This document shows positions 13,650-24,778 of a DNA stretch of 64,000 bases, piece after piece. Every line of letters begins with the position of its first letter. Position 1 is the stretch's first letter. The notes below the pieces were generated by a model. That model made no database searches. It saw only the letters and a program-made list of their open reading frames with translations, and had not been told where the DNA came from. Location of the stretch: assembly GCA_965644295.1 (NCBI GenBank), contig CBFFRP010000210.1:130328-194327 (forward strand), given 5' to 3'. Both the position numbers and the translations under genes were made by a program. This stretch comes from Paraphysomonas bandaiensis. Its lineage: Eukaryota > Protista > Chrysophyceae.

Positions 13650-15207
13650 TCATGGAGGATTCTGTGAACGAAACCACTGCAGAACATTCACATGTTTATA
13701 ATATGCAGCAGCAGATTCGCAAGAACCTTTCTTCCATGGACATGGGGGGTTCTGTGAACGAAGCCACTGTAGAGTATTCAATTGTCCAGACTCTGCAGCT
13801 GCCCTGCAAGTCCACTCATTCCAGGGACATGGAGGGTTCTGTGAACGAAGCCACTGTAGAGCATCCAATTGTCCAGACTCTGCAGCTGCACTGCAAGACT
13901 TTTCATCCCATGGGCATGGAGGGTCCTGTGAACGAAGCCACTGCAGAACATTCAAGTGCCCCTTCCTAGCAGCAGCTGCGCAAGTATATTCATTCCAGGA
14001 ATCTGGAGGGTTCTGTGAACGAAGCCACTGCAGAATATTCAAGTGCCCTCCATCTGCAGCAGCAGTACAAGTGCTTCCAAACATTGAATCTGGAGCGTTC
14101 TGTGAACGAAGCCACTGTAGAACATTCAAGTGCCCACCACTAGCAGCAGCATCACAAGTAAACGCATTCCAGGGGCATGGAGGGTCCTGTGAACGAAGCC
14201 ACTGCAGTACATCCAAGTGTCCTCCCTCTGCAGCTACATAGCAAGTCCACGTATCCCAGGGACATGGAGGGTGCTGTGAACGAAGCCACTGCAATACATT
14301 CAAGTGTCCACCTCTAGCAGCAGCTTCACAAGTTGCTTTATCCCAGGGACATGGAGGGACCTGTGAACGAAGCCACTGCAATACATTCAAGTGTCCACCT
14401 CTAGCAGCAGCTTCACAAGTTGCTTTATCCCAGACATGGAGGGACCTGTGAACGAAGCCACTGCAATACATTCAAGTGTCCACCTCTAGCAGCAGCTTCA
14501 CAAGTTGCTTTATTCCAGGGACATGGAGGGTGCTGTGAACGAAGCCACTGCAATACATTCAAGTGTCCACCTCTAGCAGCAGCTTCACAAGTTGCTTTAT
14601 CCCAGGGACATGGAGGGTGCTGTGAACGAAGCCACTGCAGCACATCCAAGTGTCCACCTCTAGCAGCAGCTTCACAAGTTGCTTTATCCCAGGGACATGG
14701 AGGGTGCTGTGAACGAAGCCACTGCAACACATCCAAGTGTCCACCTCTAGCAGCAGCTTCACAAGTTGCTTTATCCCAGGGACATGGAGGGTGCTGTGAA
14801 CGAAGCCACTGCAATACATCCAAGTGTCCACCTCTAGCAGCAGCTTCACAAGTTGCTTTATCCCATAAGTATGTGGGGTCGTGTGTGTGTATATGTGTAT
14901 GTATATGTCTCATGAGGTGCATCATCTGCTGTAGTCTGCCGTATAGTGCACATGTATTCATTAGTTGGGTGTGTGGGCAGCCCACAGACAGAGCCCATGA
15001 GACCATTGAGTTGGTCATACAGTAGTGAGATGCATGTGACTCAAGTCTCTCTCTGCTCTTATCTCTCGTGTTGTCTCTCGTGTTATCAGCCATATCGTGA
15101 AGTCCCTTACAAGTCATGACCACAGGAAGGAGAGCTGAGTGTGGGATCATAGAGATGATGAGACGAATCACATCATCATTGAGAACAGATAGAGTGATTT
15201 CATTCAT
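13650..15207 (-). pseudogene. F-box-like plus ankyrin-repeat protein (WDxxTCxxAAxGGHLxVLQWLR type), frameshifted
   Basis: About 14 tandem 87-bp/29-aa repeats follow an F-box-like N-terminus (LSVLNDDVIRLIISMI). A 2-bp deletion at about 14433 (cccaga vs cccaggga) splits it into ORFs 14425..15207 and 13650..14471. Confidence 0.8.
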
Positions 15208-15410
15208 AGTTTACATGAGGCTAGTAGAGTGTATCTATACACTACAACATAATGAGATAGTTCATATACTGTATATACATACACACAACACAGCAGTACT
15301 ACGTAGCTATCTACATACACATATATGGGACAACGAGCGAAACAAAAGAAATTTCCTCATCACAGACTCATAAACATACACCGTTACGTACGTACAGGAG
15401 TATACATGTA

Positions 15411-15520
15411 CGTATGTATGTAGGTAGGTAGGTATGTAGGTATGTATGTATGTATGTATGTATGTATGTATGTATGTAGGTAGGTAGGTAGGTAGGTAGG
15501 TAGGTAGGTAGGTAGGTATG
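15411..15520. repeat. (TATG)n/(TAGG)n compound microsatellite
   Basis: Seen directly, between two divergently oriented genes. Confidence 0.9.
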
Positions 15521-15568
15521 TTGTCATATATGTATGTGTATATCACTCTATTAGCATCGCATCCCCTC

Positions 15569-16453
15569 ATGTCCAAATCCAACTACACCCTCTACCTCAT
15601 CCCCTCTATCCTAACACTCTACATCTCTCTCATCCTTCTCATCATATTCATCCACAAAAACCATTCAACTGACTCATATTTTGCCTATAAAAACATACAT
15701 ACATCATCCACTCCATCCTCCTCCTGCATACACTCCACTCTACTAACTATCATACGTATTGTATCATCTATATATTTTCTTATAATAACTAGCTATCATT
15801 TTATTTTATATCCTCGATCAGGGATATATTTTACTAATTGGGGTGCTGTAGTATTAACTGCATACTTTATGCTAGCTAGTATACTCTCTATAGTTTGTAA
15901 ACAACCTAATTACAAATTATTTAAATATTTTTTATCTAATCATTTAGTGATAAATGTTATTAGTATTATTAACTGTGAATTGTTTATTATTGCATGTGTT
16001 AATGCATTCTTTACAACAGCAGTTAACTTCTTATTTATTAACGATAATCTTGATTTTTGGAATATAGTTATGCATTTATCAAATTCACTCTTAATTATGG
16101 TCGAATTGTGTATTAATACCATTCCTGTTATGTGGAGAGACTGTGCGATATCGATATCTTGGCCGATGCTCTATCTATGTGTTCTTTGGCCCCTTGTCAG
16201 ATATGAAAATGTCGAGTGGCCGTATGAATTCTTACGTACAGACACTTTACTGTGTTTTGTATGGTATCCTGGTTTGCTTGTTTCTAATTTGGGAATCTTC
16301 TTCTTTGTGTGGGGAATAGCAGCACTTAGAGATTGGGGGGTCGATTATAGTGCAGGCGGTACTGCACGATCGCGGTACAGAGATGCTAGTCTGTCAGACG
16401 AGCATGAGTGTGAATTGCAGAACTTGAACTCTGATCCAAATTCAGCTGTGTAA
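15569..16453 (+). CDS. FAR-17a/AIG1-like (rolling stone-like) multi-pass membrane protein
   Basis: About 6-7 hydrophobic segments with IYFTNWG, MHLSNSL and WPYEFL motifs. The second Met (15569) is preferred because the first overlaps the microsatellite. Confidence 0.7.
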   Translation: MSKSNYTLYLIPSILTLYISLILLIIFIHKNHSTDSYFAYKNIHTSSTPSSSCIHSTLLTIIRIVSSIYFLIITSYHFILYPRSGIYFTNWGAVVLTAYFMLASILSIVCKQPNYKLFKYFLSNHLVINVISIINCELFIIACVNAFFTTAVNFLFINDNLDFWNIVMHLSNSLLIMVELCINTIPVMWRDCAISISWPMLYLCVLWPLVRYENVEWPYEFLRTDTLLCFVWYPGLLVSNLGIFFFVWGIAALRDWGVDYSAGGTARSRYRDASLSDEHECELQNLNSDPNSAV

Positions 16454-16808
16454 TCACTATCTGTAATTCTATGTGGCATTACCGCTTATTGGTGAAGCTT
16501 TTAACCTGCAGATATTTTTTCATTTTTCTAGACACGTTCATCCTTCGAATATACTGGGCCGTTTGAATATTAATGTACTAATGAATTGTTCGTTTAGAAT
16601 ACTTTTTTATCACACGGATGATAAATTGATACTTCTACGTTTATATAGGAGTTTGGAGGTCACATCTAGATAATAGCAGCATATATTTCCCCGGAGCCGT
16701 GCTCATATCCTATATATAGAATGTCCGACTGTTAGCAATGGCGGGTAAACGGTAAACTAGTTGATACTAAATTTAGAAATCTAATATTGAAACTAGTATC
16801 CTTCTATA

Positions 16809-16886
16809 CAGGGCTTGGTAACCATTAATGGTAGTCCAGTTCCCGGCAATTATAATGGCTTTACCATTAACGGTTACCAGGCCCTG
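16809..16886. mobile_element. 78-bp hAT-like micro-MITE
   Basis: TIR cagggcttggtaaccattaatggta / taccattaacggttaccaggccctg and a perfect 8-bp TSD CTTCTATA at 16801-16808 and 16887-16894. Confidence 0.85.
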
Positions 16887-16923
16887 CTTCTATAAAATGC
16901 TACGAGACTACGAGAACAGTTTG

Positions 16924-17271
16924 TGTTAGAATTGGACTTTTCACTGAAGTTAACTTTGCTCTACACGTAAACCTTAACCTTGCTATGTTGAACACAATGC
17001 ACTTTCAAGTAAGAAATTATAATTATTATTCTGAACACTTCACTACATATTCGTGTAACATATGTTGAAACATCTGTTCTTATAGCAACATCTGTTTATC
17101 ATATGTTCATCAGTCAGTTCTATATCTTGTATAGTCACACATCAGTAACTGAATTTAATTCCTTTGTAACTATAATCACCCGTTATACCTATGAGTTGAC
17201 TTTACCTATTGCACACTGTTAACTCACTTCAATTGGACAATATATATCACATCATATTGCAGAACTCAACA
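16924..17271 (-). mobile_element. 3' LTR (348 bp, TG...CA) of Copia element A
   Basis: Preceded on the minus strand by PPT gagtgggag. Homologous to the inverted LTR at 46809-47156. Confidence 0.85.
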
Positions 17272-17415
17272 CTCCCACTCAATTGGATGTAGTTAACCAT
17301 TCTAAAATTTGTGAAGAACATTGCTATCGGATACGCAACCACCGAACCTCATAGGACACTGGTGGACGTATGACTCCGCTAGTATAGCTAGCTCCCACCA
17401 TTCATTCACCTCTAT

Positions 17416-19044
17416 CTAGTTACGACGAACTCTCTTTACCTTGGGTACCTCTGCGATATTTTGTGCAGTAGTCTTAAATTTTTCCCCAAGATTTCGCTCC
17501 CTCTGTTCAATGAATATTGGATCACTCAAAGCCTTGGTATATATATCAGCCATCTGTTGTCGACTGCTCACATGAATTAATTTCGCTGTATTAAACTGTT
17601 CGGGATCCACATGCTCTCTAATCATATGATACTTAATCTCAATATGTTTCGATCGTTGATGTTGCACTGGATTTTCCGATATATCCTGAGCACTTTGACT
17701 ATCCAGGAATAATGGTGTGGGCTCGTCAATTTTCAATCCTACTTCACCAGTCACCCCCCGAGACCATATCATTTCCTGTAATCCATTATATAAGCATTGA
17801 TACTCTGCTTGCATAGTCGATGTAGCTACAGTAGACTGAAGTTTGGAACCCCACGATAGTGGTCCACCAGCTCCAAACATAACATAACCTGAAGTTGATC
17901 TCCTCGTCAACGGGTCACCCGCCCAGTCAGCATCCGTGAACATATGAAGATCAAAATCTTTCCCTCTATATTGAATGCCTTTTTCCGTAGTACCTCGTAC
18001 ATACTGCATTAAATGTATCATTAGTTTACATACAGTGATATTCACTTTCGTTGAGAATCGTGACAATACTCCCACTGCATATGATATATCCGGCCTTGTA
18101 TTCATAGATAAATAGAGTAACGCTCCTATTAGTGGACGATAGGGAAAATAGTCAACTAATTCCTGCTCTTCAGTCGAATGCACATGTTCCACTCCCACTT
18201 TGATCCTATCCATGACATCACTAGGTAGTGGGTATCGCCGAGTCTTGTCCCTTGGACCCAGAAAATCCACATACTTCGCCAATATCTTTTTGATGTACAC
18301 TGTCTGGTCAAGTTTGAGACAATTCTGAGTTCTCGTCACTCTCACGTTCAAAAACTGGCCAATCTCATTCATATCTGTAATATCGAACCTTTCACATACT
18401 CGTCGCATAATTTCCAAAATAATACTCGTATCTCGACATGCTATCAGCATATCATCTACATATATTACTAACAGAACTAATTCACCCCTGATCCGTGTAA
18501 AATATAAACATGGGTCAAGTATACATGATATAAAATGCAAGGACTTAATAAACTTGTTAAGACATTTATACCATGACCGTGGTGAGCTTCGAAGACCATA
18601 TAAACTTTTCTTCAGTTTAAAGCAGTGTCCTGGTGGCAATTTAAAATCTGGTGTAGCATACATATACACATCTCCTTGTATATCTGCATACAAAAATGCA
18701 TTAGATACGTCGAGTTGATGCACCACCATATTCATAACAAAAGCGATTGCTAAAAGCAATCTCACTGTTACCGCTTTTACCACTGGAGCATAATTGTTGG
18801 CTCTGCCACCTTCATGGTCTCCGCATCCAAGTACCACAAGTCTTGCCTTATATCGTTGAATCGCACCCTCTTTGTTGCGTTTCAAGGCGAAAACATACTT
18901 AGATTTCAATGGAGTGACACCGGTAGGGATGGGCTTAACTTCCATGACTCCCCTACGTTCTAAACCGTCACGTTCAGCTTGTCTTGCTGAACTCCATTGC
19001 TTCCGTTCCGGCAACTCCAAGGATTCGGAATATGTCTGAGGCAC
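17416..19044 (-). CDS. Ty1/copia reverse transcriptase + RNase H (integrase and protease absent)
   Basis: Motifs RYKARLV, QLDVSNAFL, KSLYGL, YVDD, DADWAG, RSKHIEIKYH and ADIYTK. The frame is open upstream to about 19320. Confidence 0.92.
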   Translation of the reverse strand: MPQTYSESLELPERKQWSSARQAERDGLERRGVMEVKPIPTGVTPLKSKYVFALKRNKEGAIQRYKARLVVLGCGDHEGGRANNYAPVVKAVTVRLLLAIAFVMNMVVHQLDVSNAFLYADIQGDVYMYATPDFKLPPGHCFKLKKSLYGLRSSPRSWYKCLNKFIKSLHFISCILDPCLYFTRIRGELVLLVIYVDDMLIACRDTSIILEIMRRVCERFDITDMNEIGQFLNVRVTRTQNCLKLDQTVYIKKILAKYVDFLGPRDKTRRYPLPSDVMDRIKVGVEHVHSTEEQELVDYFPYRPLIGALLYLSMNTRPDISYAVGVLSRFSTKVNITVCKLMIHLMQYVRGTTEKGIQYRGKDFDLHMFTDADWAGDPLTRRSTSGYVMFGAGGPLSWGSKLQSTVATSTMQAEYQCLYNGLQEMIWSRGVTGEVGLKIDEPTPLFLDSQSAQDISENPVQHQRSKHIEIKYHMIREHVDPEQFNTAKLIHVSSRQQMADIYTKALSDPIFIEQRERNLGEKFKTTAQNIAEVPKVKRVRRN

Positions 19045-19574
19045 CTTAAAAGAAACCTCTTGCTCATTAACAACTGCTGTAGGATCAGGTTCCAGATCCT
19101 GCGATGATGTAACGTCCTTGGCTGTGCCACGACGTAAATCAATGTTACCCTCTTCATCATCTGAAGAACTAGGGTATTCGAGATTTATCTGCTCCGGACC
19201 TCGATCAAAATCCGAGTCATCAGAACCGTATCCATCAATGTGAGTGAGAGCATGTGAATCTCTCCTATTCCGATGATCATAGTCCTGTAAGAAGTAGACC
19301 GCATCGGAGACGCATGTTTCTCATCATTCTTGGAAAACAAAGCCCTTTTTCTTTTGTTGTACTCATCAAGTTTGTTTTTAGCTTCAATGTTGGCCTCAAA
19401 CGGTAACTGACGAGCTGCTAAGCAAATCTGATAGTGATCTACTAAAATGGCCGTAAATTCATCGAAAAACTCGTTCATCGTGTCAAACTGTAGTTTGTTC
19501 ATGCACCCAAAGACATAACGAACATAATCCCTATCGTTCAAGTTTTTGAATAACCTAATCAACCCATATTCTTT

Positions 19575-20414
19575 TGTAACGCCGAGGCGTCAAACTAATC
19601 ACATAACACAAAAGACCAGTGAGGTTAATATGCTACAAGGGGGGCTCTAGAGGACTGTGTGTGTATGTACAGCCTGCATCTTATCTTCGGATGAAGACAT
19701 ACTTCACTCTCGGATTACAAGTGCCGCTGTTTTTGCTGTATGGGCAATGGAGAGATCTGATTGGTGTACTCGAGTTATACTGTTTTGTATACTGTATGGA
19801 ATACAGGCTGTATTGTCTATATGTATATGCTGTATAACGGTGCTGGAATACGGACTGTACTTGGTGGTGATGTGTTTGCAGAGTGTGTAGTGTGACACGA
19901 GGTACATAAGTACGCAATGATGCAGTTATAGGTACATGTAGGGAATATCATTATACAGATTATACAGCTGCTGTATTATGTATTACTGCTGAACGCTGAT
20001 TGGCTAGTCACTGCATTTTTGGTCTGTGGCTGTTGAGTTGGTTTAAGGCTCTTCCTATAGGCCTCTACGTGAATCTTCCAGAAGGTGAATATCTACACAA
20101 AATTGGCGAAATGTTGCTGAATTTTCTGCAGAATATTGTTCTATGTTCTCTGCTGTGTTTCTAGATAGTTCATAGAATGTAAATGGTTCTGTATGAGTTG
20201 TTTGTGTTCTATGTGCTGTCATTATTATGTTACTAGCCTTGCCTATTAACACGTTTGAGGAGGTGTCTTCAGATAAGTGCTTGAGGGTGCTCAGGCAGTT
20301 GCAGGGCATAGTAATAAGCATATTTATCTCTACATTAGCTATTTTCTTGTTACATTCGCACATTCATTTCATATACATAGCTGCACCCGGTGTGATACCC
20401 CGGGTTTGGTTAAA
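19575..20414. mobile_element. Solo LTR, 840 bp
   Basis: TGTAAC...GTTAAA ends (the latter probably a decayed GTTACA) with a 4-bp TSD CTTT at 19571-19574 and 20415-20418. It interrupts the gag frame precisely. Confidence 0.75.
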
Positions 20415-21304
20415 CTTTGTCATCTACTCTGGGACACCAATCCTTATTAAACTCCAGCATTATGGATAACATGGTTCGAAACAAATCAATAAGTTTCAAC
20501 TGTTGGAAGTAAAACTGTTCGAACGTGACAGTTGTCACTTTCCTCCACTCCATAATCTTTATGTGTCTAAGAGAATCTCGTAGCTCCTCATAGAATCCCA
20601 CACAATTAAAAACCCGAGTTTCCTTGGCTATTACACGTAGTAAGTCGGACAAATCCATCTCTGAAATCTCCGCATGACCGAGATGATACACTTCTCTTAG
20701 ATGATCTCTTAATTCTCCAGAGACAACCTTTTGTAGACGCACAGTGGTCTGTTCCTCTTCTTGAAAATCCAAGATTTGTTTGACAGCTCTAGCCACTTTA
20801 GAAAGCTTTAGTTCATTGATACGAACTTTGCAAGTTCTTTCCTCACGCATTACAACAGTCTGTTGCACATTTGGAAGGTTAGCATTCTTTTTCAATTCCC
20901 TGAACAGCTTCCCAGGTTTCTTGCCTCCTAACAAAGCTTGAGTTCTAGTAGGGAATTCAGAAGCCACCTGCTGATGTGGGCTTGCATACATATGTGTATG
21001 TGTGCAAAGCAATACCCAAGTACAGAAGTACAAAATAATGATTATTATCGTATAATGAATCATGAATAATACTGTCTACAATATCAACGGCTATTGCTAA
21101 ATCCCAACAACAATCACCTTCCCTACAGTTTGTATTCCTAACTACATGGTACACGTATACAATACAGTACTGTACTACTATTCATATAATACAGGACAAG
21201 TACACGTATATATTCTATATGTAAGTGGATGGTCCTACACTACCTCCCCTTATAATTGATGTGTTAATGTGTTATATTGACACTCAATTCTGTAACCTTT
21301 GTTA

Positions 21305-24300
21305 TTAATCTTCTTCATCAGAAGAATAAACCACATTTCGAGGTAGTAAATTTCTTACATTTTCATCAGGATGTTGAGTTAGAAAATTTTGTAGAGCATA
21401 CGTTTTTCTAACGTTAGCCCATGGTTCCCATGTAGGTTTTTCATACCCTATCCAATGTACTAGAAATTTTATTTGACTTTTCGGACCTTTAGCTCGACCT
21501 TTTATTTTTGAAATATGGTCAATAGCATAAAAGTTTCCACCATCTTTACATGCCACTTGTAAGGGGTCAATAGTAGAGGGATCGTAATTAAATTCCCTTA
21601 ATTTCTTTATATGATAGTCTTTATTACGTTTAGTAACAATATCTTGAAGAGTATATTTATCTCCAATAACATTGACTACTCGCATTGGACCTTTAAGATA
21701 TGGTAATAACTTACTTGCCGGTCCAGGACGTAAAGCATTTTGTCTATGCTCAACTAACACATAAGAATTTATTGGAAATTCTTTTGTTTGTATATTTGGT
21801 GCAGTTGCCATGTGGATTTCATCATGTTTGCGAAGATTTCGTCTTGCAATATCCATAATAGTGGACTGAACCTTTTGTATTCTATCTATCCAATGTGATA
21901 GCTTTTGTTCGTTTTCGTCCAAGTTCTCATTGTGTTCAATGAATAAACTTTTATCTAAATCTACTGCATTCCCAAATAGAATACTAGCGGGAGTAACGCC
22001 GGTGCTTCTATGTTTAGAAGAATTCATAATTCTTTGTACTAAAGGTAGATACATTGACCAATTATTTAGTACATTCTTATCAAATATAATATTCCTTAAG
22101 TGCCTTAAAATTTCTTTATTAGCACGTTCAACTATAGCATTTTCTTCTTTAGAATACGCCATCGAAAATGATTGATTACTTCCAACCATTTCTATCAATG
22201 ATTTTGTTAAATCATCCACAAATGCTGGTCCAAGATCCGAATGAATCTCAATAGGTGCTCCATATCTACCCAGGTGTTGAAGCAATCCCTTTGCCGCCGC
22301 CATGGCAGTGAGATTCTTAGTAGGGATTAATTCTACCCACCTAGAAAAAGAATCGATAATCACTAATATATTAGTGTATCCATCCTCATCTGGATGCAGA
22401 CTCTGAATAAAATCCACTGCTATCCGTTGCATCGGGCCATATGTTGAGACAGTAAAGGGATGAGCATTAATTATAGGTTTAATTCTACTCATCTTTTGAC
22501 AACAAGGACAAGTTTTAATAAATTTTGTCACATGTGCCCCTTGCTTTGACCATTTATGACCATTGTCTTGTAATTTTTGTATTGTACGATCAATACCATG
22601 ATGACCTGTAACGTTGTTATGAAATCTTTTAATAATTTCCCATTCCTTGTTTGGAACTTTAATATCGGGAATTAGGGAAGCACATTTTGTTTGCATTTTA
22701 GATTCTAATGCACATAGTCTACTAAATGCATCAGCAACAACATTATCAGATCCTTTGATATCACATAGATCATAATCATATGCTTGGAAACATTTCAACC
22801 ATCGCTGAACTTTCTTATCCTTAGCGTAATCAGTTCTCAACTGAGTAATATTTTTATGATCTGTTTTGATCGTAAAGTATCTATACCTTAATATAGCGTA
22901 ATCAGTTCTCAACTGAGTAATATTTTTATGATCTGTTTTGATCGTAAAGTATCTATACCTTAATAGGTAGTCCCATTTATCTAAGGCATAGTATATAGCA
23001 TATCCTTCTTTCTGAGGTGTATCCCAATTCATCATTCTTTCATCGAATGTTTTACTGAGAAATCCTATTGGACGTTCTACACCATCTACTACTTGGTAGA
23101 GGTATGCTCCTATTCCATAATCAGATGCATCGGTCAATAAATATATTGGTGACTCGTCATCAATGAAAAATAATGTTGGACATTCATGGATCATCAATTT
23201 GATCTTTTCAAATGCTTCATTGGCATCCTCTGTCCATTGTAGACGTTTACGTCTATGATAGTTGAGAAGCATTTTATTTAACGGTCTCACCACTAAGGAG
23301 TGGTTGTGCACGTGATCCCGAAAATAATTTGCCAATCCAAGGAAAGATTTTAGACCCTTCATAGTTTCAGGCTTTGGGAAATTTAATACACTATCCAGAC
23401 GTTCTCTAGTAAAGTGTAACCCTTCCTCATTTAGAGTATGTCCTACATATTGTACTTCGGACTCTCCTATTTTCACTTTCTCAGGATTAATGTAAACATT
23501 GTATTTCCTGAAGCGTTCTAGAACTTTAACGTAATTTTCAATTAGTTCATCTTCTGTAGAAGCATATATAATCAGGTCATCTAGATATAATTCACATATG
23601 AACATAATCAACCCGGCAAGCACAATTGTTGTTAATACTCGTTGAAAGTATGATGGAGCACCACTCAAACCCATGGGTAGTCGGAGCCATTCGAATACTC
23701 CCCAGAAGGTTATAAATGCCGTCCACTTTCTCGAGTACTCTGAAATTTTAGCCTGGTAATAACCAGATACTAAATCCAGAATTATGAAGTATTTGGGTTT
23801 CTTAGACCCAATACGTTCTAACATTTCTTTGATGTTAGGTATCGGCCAACGTTCCCTCTGTGTGTGCTTGTTTAGACCTTTATAGTCTACACAGAATCGC
23901 CATTTATCATTTGGTTTGGGAACTAATAATACCTGGCTATAATAAGGAGCCGTACTTGGTTGTATTATTCCATGCTCCACAAATGTATCGATTTGCTTTT
24001 TACAAGCATACTGTCGTACTCGATCCATCTTTCGTGGCGGACCACAATGTTTTGGTTGTTCCCAGGCATCCCTATCTACCTCTAATTCAAAAGGTGGAAC
24101 ATCCATTGGCATATCCGACACTGTGGTTTTAAATCTATCCTTATAGATTTCATGGATTTCTCTCACCCTCCTTTGTAAAGATTCGGGACCAGAGATTTTA
24201 GTTGGTAACGTAGCACCTTCTACTTTTTCCTGAGTATTTGTAACTATTTCTTCTGGAATTGACTCCAGATAGTTATCTCTAATCTCGCCTATATCTTCCT

Positions 24301-24778
24301 TTTCATATGCACTTATACGCATGGATGATATTGGGGGTGAATACATAGTACTAACCAAACTATTACTTGTAAGTAAATTATTATTATAACTAAGGTGTTC
24401 CTTAGCTTGGCGCCTTAATGTTTCCATGTTGTTATAACATGTGGCTCTCTCACTAATATGTTCCGAGAGAAGCTGAGTCTTCTCAGCATGGCCCGCGGCC
24501 GTAGCTAGCATTTTCCCTGCTAACTCTCTTTCCATAAAGTGAGATGGAAAATGATCAACTAATCTATATTTCTTGATAGTTTCTCTACCAATTATGATAT
24601 CAAAGGTGCTATCTATTATCAAACATTGCAACTCAATATCAAGAGTATTGTTATACTCATCAGTTAATCTTATAGTTATTATCATATATTGCTTGCTACT
24701 ACAACAAGCATTATCAAGCGCACTACAAATTTTAATGTTACACTCGTGCAATGAAATATTATACCTAGCAACTAACAT
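21305..24778 (-). CDS. Gypsy Pol: protease C-half, RT, RNase H, integrase, chromodomain
   Basis: Motifs WRFCVDY, YLDD, TDAS, HHCC (HNNVTGH..CPCC), GPM and a C-terminal chromodomain (FLVHWIGYEKPTWEP). Confidence 0.93.
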   Translation of the reverse strand: MLVARYNISLHECNIKICSALDNACCSSKQYMIITIRLTDEYNNTLDIELQCLIIDSTFDIIIGRETIKKYRLVDHFPSHFMERELAGKMLATAAGHAEKTQLLSEHISERATCYNNMETLRRQAKEHLSYNNNLLTSNSLVSTMYSPPISSMRISAYEKEDIGEIRDNYLESIPEEIVTNTQEKVEGATLPTKISGPESLQRRVREIHEIYKDRFKTTVSDMPMDVPPFELEVDRDAWEQPKHCGPPRKMDRVRQYACKKQIDTFVEHGIIQPSTAPYYSQVLLVPKPNDKWRFCVDYKGLNKHTQRERWPIPNIKEMLERIGSKKPKYFIILDLVSGYYQAKISEYSRKWTAFITFWGVFEWLRLPMGLSGAPSYFQRVLTTIVLAGLIMFICELYLDDLIIYASTEDELIENYVKVLERFRKYNVYINPEKVKIGESEVQYVGHTLNEEGLHFTRERLDSVLNFPKPETMKGLKSFLGLANYFRDHVHNHSLVVRPLNKMLLNYHRRKRLQWTEDANEAFEKIKLMIHECPTLFFIDDESPIYLLTDASDYGIGAYLYQVVDGVERPIGFLSKTFDERMMNWDTPQKEGYAIYYALDKWDYLLRYRYFTIKTDHKNITQLRTDYAILRYRYFTIKTDHKNITQLRTDYAKDKKVQRWLKCFQAYDYDLCDIKGSDNVVADAFSRLCALESKMQTKCASLIPDIKVPNKEWEIIKRFHNNVTGHHGIDRTIQKLQDNGHKWSKQGAHVTKFIKTCPCCQKMSRIKPIINAHPFTVSTYGPMQRIAVDFIQSLHPDEDGYTNILVIIDSFSRWVELIPTKNLTAMAAAKGLLQHLGRYGAPIEIHSDLGPAFVDDLTKSLIEMVGSNQSFSMAYSKEENAIVERANKEILRHLRNIIFDKNVLNNWSMYLPLVQRIMNSSKHRSTGVTPASILFGNAVDLDKSLFIEHNENLDENEQKLSHWIDRIQKVQSTIMDIARRNLRKHDEIHMATAPNIQTKEFPINSYVLVEHRQNALRPGPASKLLPYLKGPMRVVNVIGDKYTLQDIVTKRNKDYHIKKLREFNYDPSTIDPLQVACKDGGNFYAIDHISKIKGRAKGPKSQIKFLVHWIGYEKPTWEPWANVRKTYALQNFLTQHPDENVRNLLPRNVVYSSDEED

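Noticed and set aside
13646-15025. Plus-strand Cys/His-rich ORFs (13646.., 14420..)
   Set aside because: They are antisense shadows of the ankyrin repeats.
20957-21154. 65-aa ORF repeated at 26242..26442
   Set aside because: It is an incidental ORF within the two LTRs of element C.
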